Shown piece after piece: positions 51,357-54,450 of a stretch of 54,450 nucleotides of DNA (its first letter is position 1; every line of letters starts with the position of its first letter). This stretch comes from a virus. Under the pieces are notes generated by a model. That model searched no databases, was not told where the DNA came from, and saw nothing but the letters and a program-made list of their open reading frames with translations. The translations under genes were made by a program, and so were the position numbers. The stretch lies in the IMG/VR virus record IMGVR_UViG_3300048089_000161. One strand, 5' to 3'.

Positions 51357-51982
51357 CCGACATGATCCCCGGCCTGATCGCGGCCGACGAGGTGCCGCTC
51401 GACGACCGCACCGCGGCCCCGGCTGGACTGCAGGTGATCGGGCTCGACCTCTCGATCACCTCGACCGGCGTGTGCCTGCCCGACGGCTCGACGTTCCGGA
51501 TCCGGACCCGGCAGAAGGACGGCCCGCGCCGAATGACGGTCATCCGTGACCGGCTGACGATCGAGGTCGCCGAGCAGCGACCCGACCTCGCCGTGATCGA
51601 AGACCTGCCCATGAACGCGGGGCGCATGAGCCTCACGAACCTGAAGAACATGGCGTGCCTACACGGCGTCGTGCAGGCACTGCTCGTCGACGCAGGCGTG
51701 CCGTGGGCGTACGTGAACACGAAAACGCTGAAGAAGTTCGCGTGCGACAACGGCGGCGCCACCAAGCAGGACATGACGGCGGCCGCGTTCCTCGCGGCCG
51801 GCGCCACGTTCGAAAACGACGAGGGCGCCGACCAGGTCGACGCCTGGTGGCTACGCGCCGCCGCGTACGACTGGCTCGGACTGCCTCTGTTCTCGATGCC
51901 CGAGGCACAGCGCGAGGCGCTGAGTAAGGGCGATTGGCCCGACACGTACGCGCAGCGGTTCGTGATGGGGGCCGCCTCATGA
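51353..51982 (+). CDS. RuvC-like Holliday junction resolvase
   Basis: 'VIGLDLSITSTGV' (first catalytic Asp), 'LAVIEDLP' (Glu/Asp) and 'DQVDAWWLR' (C-terminal Asp pair). Confidence 0.75.
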   Translation: MTDMIPGLIAADEVPLDDRTAAPAGLQVIGLDLSITSTGVCLPDGSTFRIRTRQKDGPRRMTVIRDRLTIEVAEQRPDLAVIEDLPMNAGRMSLTNLKNMACLHGVVQALLVDAGVPWAYVNTKTLKKFACDNGGATKQDMTAAAFLAAGATFENDEGADQVDAWWLRAAAYDWLGLPLFSMPEAQREALSKGDWPDTYAQRFVMGAAS

Positions 51983-53079
51983 TCGTCGAGGGATTCGGCG
52001 GGCTCGGCGGTTGGGCTGTCGCGCTCAGCAAGCGTCGTGTGCGGCACGTCGGTATGGAAATGGACCGTGACGCGTGCGCCACGCGCGCCGCGGCCGGGCA
52101 TCCGACGATCCGGTGTGATGTGACCGCGTACCCGACCGCGCCGTTCCGCGGCCGGATCACGGGCAAGGTCGACAGCCCGGTGTGCACGCCGTACTCGCGT
52201 GCGGGTAAGGGACTCGGCAAGGTCGACAAGCCGCTCGTCGCGCAGGCGATAGACGATCTCGCGCACGGTCGGGACACGCGCGCCGAGCTGCGGACGGCAT
52301 GCGTCGACCCGCTGTCGATCCTGGCGGCCGAGCCGATGCGGTGGCACTACGACCTGCGCCCCGAGTGGATCGTGATGGAACAAGTGCCCGACGTGCTGCC
52401 GCTGTGGCAGCAGTACGTCGAGGTACTGACCGGGTGGGGGTACTCCGCGGCGGCCACCGTGATCAACGCTGCCGACTACGGGGTGCCGCAGACCCGGCGG
52501 CGGGCTGTGCTCGCAGCGTCCCGCGTCCGCGAGGTCATGTGGCCCGAGCCGACGCACTACGACCCGAGTCGCGGACACCAGTTGTGGGGTACGCCGTGGG
52601 TGTCCATGGCCGAGGCACTTACCCTGCCGCCCGGTCTGATCGTCAACACCCGCGGCGACCGCCCCAGGGACGAGAACGGTCGCGCGGCCGGCGGGAACGA
52701 GTTTCCGGCCGACGGACCGTGCCAGTCCCTGACCGGCCGTGCCCGGTCGTGGTGGGTGCTGCGGGCCGGGAATCAGGACCGGGCCACGGTGCGCGACCTC
52801 GACCAGCCTGCGCCGACCGTGGCGTTCGGCCACAACGCGGCCCGCGTCGAGTGGGTACTCATGCCGGACAGGCGCGAGCGTCGGCCGCTGTCGGTCGAAG
52901 AAGCGGCGGCGCTGCAGTCCCTCCCGCCCGCCTATCCGCTCAGCGGCAGCCGAACCTCGCAGTTCCGGCAGGTGGGCAACGCCGTGCCGCCCGTCCTGGC
53001 CGACGCTGTCATCGCAGCCGCGGTCGGCCCCCGCGCCGAGCACCTCGGCACTGACCGTCGCCTCAGGATCGCGGCATGA
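51979..53079 (+). CDS. DNA (cytosine-5) methyltransferase
   Basis: Motif I 'FGGLGG', motif IV-like 'SPVCTPYSRAG', motif VI 'MEQVPD', motif VIII 'QTRRR' and motif X 'GNAVPP'. Confidence 0.85.
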   Translation: MIVEGFGGLGGWAVALSKRRVRHVGMEMDRDACATRAAAGHPTIRCDVTAYPTAPFRGRITGKVDSPVCTPYSRAGKGLGKVDKPLVAQAIDDLAHGRDTRAELRTACVDPLSILAAEPMRWHYDLRPEWIVMEQVPDVLPLWQQYVEVLTGWGYSAAATVINAADYGVPQTRRRAVLAASRVREVMWPEPTHYDPSRGHQLWGTPWVSMAEALTLPPGLIVNTRGDRPRDENGRAAGGNEFPADGPCQSLTGRARSWWVLRAGNQDRATVRDLDQPAPTVAFGHNAARVEWVLMPDRRERRPLSVEEAAALQSLPPAYPLSGSRTSQFRQVGNAVPPVLADAVIAAAVGPRAEHLGTDRRLRIAA

Positions 53080-53282
53080 GGCGTCGCTGCGCCGCACACG
53101 GCGCAGCGACGATCCCCGGTACGGCTCCGGCGCCGCGCCGACGGACGGCCGACGAGATCAGCGCCGCTACCTCGCGGCCGGTCGCGCCGATCCCCGATCA
53201 GGGCGACCTCGTCGACCACTGGCACGAGTCCGGGCTGCTCGACGACGACGAGGTCGACGCCCTCGGCGGCGAGCAGCAGTGA
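53076..53282 (+). CDS. Hypothetical protein (68 aa)
   Basis: ATGA overlap; moderately genic composition. Confidence 0.45.
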   Translation: MRRRCAAHGAATIPGTAPAPRRRTADEISAATSRPVAPIPDQGDLVDHWHESGLLDDDEVDALGGEQQ

Positions 53283-53551
53283 GCGGGCTCGGGCCAACGA
53301 TCGGCAACCCGCGCCCCGGCTACGGGATACGGATCCGCCTCGACAGCCACAAAGCGAAGAGCCTCGCCTCGGCCGACTACTCGTGCCCCTGCGGGCACGC
53401 CGAGGACGCCACCGGATACGCCGAGGTCGAGCTGCTCGCCATCCGGTACGGCCGGCACCGCCGAGACGAGTGCCCGATCCCCGAGGTCAGACAAGAGGCC
53501 GCACGCCAGTACGAGGCGCTCAAGCGGTCCATGAAGAAGAAGAGGAAGTGA
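53279..53551 (+). CDS. Hypothetical protein (90 aa) with a CxC...C motif and a Lys-rich tail
   Basis: GTGA overlap. Contains 'YSCPCGHAEDATGYAEVELLAIRYGRHRRDECP'. Confidence 0.55.
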   Translation: MSGLGPTIGNPRPGYGIRIRLDSHKAKSLASADYSCPCGHAEDATGYAEVELLAIRYGRHRRDECPIPEVRQEAARQYEALKRSMKKKRK

Positions 53552-53557
53552 ACCACC

Positions 53558-54007
53558 ATGCCCAAGCTGGACGAAGACGCCGAGGTCGAGGTGAAGCTCG
53601 ACGGCGCCGCCGGGATGCTGCAGCAAGCGATTCCCGCGATCCTGCGCCGCGGACTGTTCGAGTCGCCCGGCGCCCGGATCGTCGCCGTCGTCGAGTTCGC
53701 GAGCACGACGTACACCGGTCACGCTGCTGGCGAGGACAAAGACCCGCAAGTGAAGCTCAGGGTCAAACTCGCCGAAGTCGCCACCGAGGGCGACCAGATG
53801 AGGCAGCTTCGCGAGGTCATGCGAGCCATGTACCGGCAGCGCAAGATGAACGGCACCCTCGACGAGATCGGTCCCGGCGCGGCCGACCTCGACGGCGTCG
53901 TCGCCGAGCTGCTCGCCGCGCACCCGACCGAGGACGAGTTCGAAGTGCACGAGGAACGCGAGCGCGCCCGCAAGCGGTCCGGCGGCCGAGTCGAGCACTA
54001 CGGGTGA
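53558..54007 (+). CDS. Hypothetical protein (149 aa)
   Basis: ATG start with good codon bias. Confidence 0.65.
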   Translation: MPKLDEDAEVEVKLDGAAGMLQQAIPAILRRGLFESPGARIVAVVEFASTTYTGHAAGEDKDPQVKLRVKLAEVATEGDQMRQLREVMRAMYRQRKMNGTLDEIGPGAADLDGVVAELLAAHPTEDEFEVHEERERARKRSGGRVEHYG

Positions 54008-54069
54008 CATACCCACCGAGCAGCAGAGGCGGCGCTCGTCGTGAGCGATGCCGCTGCGGCCGCACCGTG

Positions 54070-54372
54070 ATGCGGCAGCTCGTCGGCAACCGGGCGGCAC
54101 TCAATGTGACCGCCGACGTCGATGAGTTGACCCCTGCGGCGGCCGCGATGCTGCGCGAGCCGAACCGGCTCGACTGGTGTGTGCGCACCACTGCGGGCGG
54201 GCCCGATCTGCAGTGGGCCGACTGCCACCGACGCAAGGCGGAGTGCACCCGCCCGCACGTGATCGACCACCAGTGCACGGGCGTCCCTGTTGCCCACGCC
54301 CACGGGCGAGGGCGACAGGGACGCCGCCCCCGAAAGTCCTCGGTCGCCGAGGGACAACTCGCCCTCGGATAG
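54070..54372 (+). CDS. Hypothetical Cys-containing protein (100 aa). Its stop lies in the terminal overlap (equivalent to 47-49).
   Basis: ATG at 54070, with a GTG at 54067 as an alternative. It contains a variant of the dispersed motif (54291-54314). Confidence 0.5.
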   Translation: MRQLVGNRAALNVTADVDELTPAAAAMLREPNRLDWCVRTTAGGPDLQWADCHRRKAECTRPHVIDHQCTGVPVAHAHGRGRQGRRPRKSSVAEGQLALG

Positions 54373-54450
54373 GAGAACCCCGATGCCATGGTTCGTCGTT
54401 GACGACAACGCCGACAGCCACCCGAAGTTCGTCGCCGCCGGGAACGCGGC
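54324..54450. repeat. Terminal direct repeat, copy 2 (circular-assembly overlap). It includes the re-read 5' end of CDS 60..983, with its ATG at 54383.
   Basis: Identical to 1..127. The ATG at 54383 corresponds to the ATG at 60. Confidence 0.95.

Larger units (their letters stand above)
1..54323. mobile_element. Complete circular temperate siphovirus-like genome that also carries an actinomycete conjugation (TraB/Spd) module; unit length 54,323 bp
   Basis: Exact 127-nt overlap between the window ends. Full packaging/head/tail/lysis gene order, an integrase with attP, and a repressor/cro switch are all present. Confidence 0.85.

Overview
The window is a complete circular replicon. Its first 127 nt (1..127) are repeated exactly at 54324..54450, so the unique length is 54,323 bp. 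G+C is visibly high, with codon third positions almost all G/C, and coding density is high with many ATGA/GTGA start-stop overlaps. This fits a temperate siphovirus of a Streptomyces-like actinomycete.

Layout on the + strand:
- 0.06-4.4 kb: replisome-organizer-like gene and small early genes.
- 4.5-11.1 kb: an actinomycete-type conjugation/spread operon with a DUF2637 protein, Spd-like proteins and a TraB/FtsK-like translocase.
- 11.1-15.4 kb: a patchy, lower-GC accessory region with a membrane protein, an HNH endonuclease, a small AEP prim-pol and a reverse-strand Cys-rich protein.
- 15.4-38.5 kb: a full virion and lysis module. It runs terS, terL, portal, MuF-like, scaffold, decoration, lambda-E-like capsid, connectors, major tail, G/GT chaperone with a -1 frameshift, 1448-aa tape measure, tail tip/fibre proteins, two CHAP lysins, holin-like proteins and a collagen-repeat membrane protein.
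- 38.6-42.1 kb: a hairpin-insulated XRE-HTH/TPR-like regulator followed by a translationally coupled 4-gene cassette of unknown function.
- 42.4-43.6 kb: attP containing the 3' half of a tRNA-Arg(UCU)-like sequence, plus a tyrosine integrase.
- 44.1-45.1 kb: a divergent repressor/cro-like switch with a repeated 18-bp operator.
- 45-54.4 kb: early genes, including a PD-(D/E)XK exonuclease, a DnaQ-like exonuclease, a RuvC-like resolvase and a C5 cytosine methyltransferase.

I found no rRNA, no complete tRNA and no CRISPR array.

The points most worth follow-up are:
- the phage/AICE chimerism, i.e. a TraB-Spd module inside a full phage;
- the uncharacterised regulator plus 4-gene cassette at the lysogeny end;
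- a dispersed near-palindromic 24-nt motif embedded in unrelated coding regions;
- a 26-bp perfect palindrome that shares the operator half-site;
- a roughly 125-bp duplication of an internal segment of the replication gene;
- a low-GC island encoding a Cys-rich double zinc-ribbon protein.

All functional calls rest on motif recognition by eye. No database search was run.
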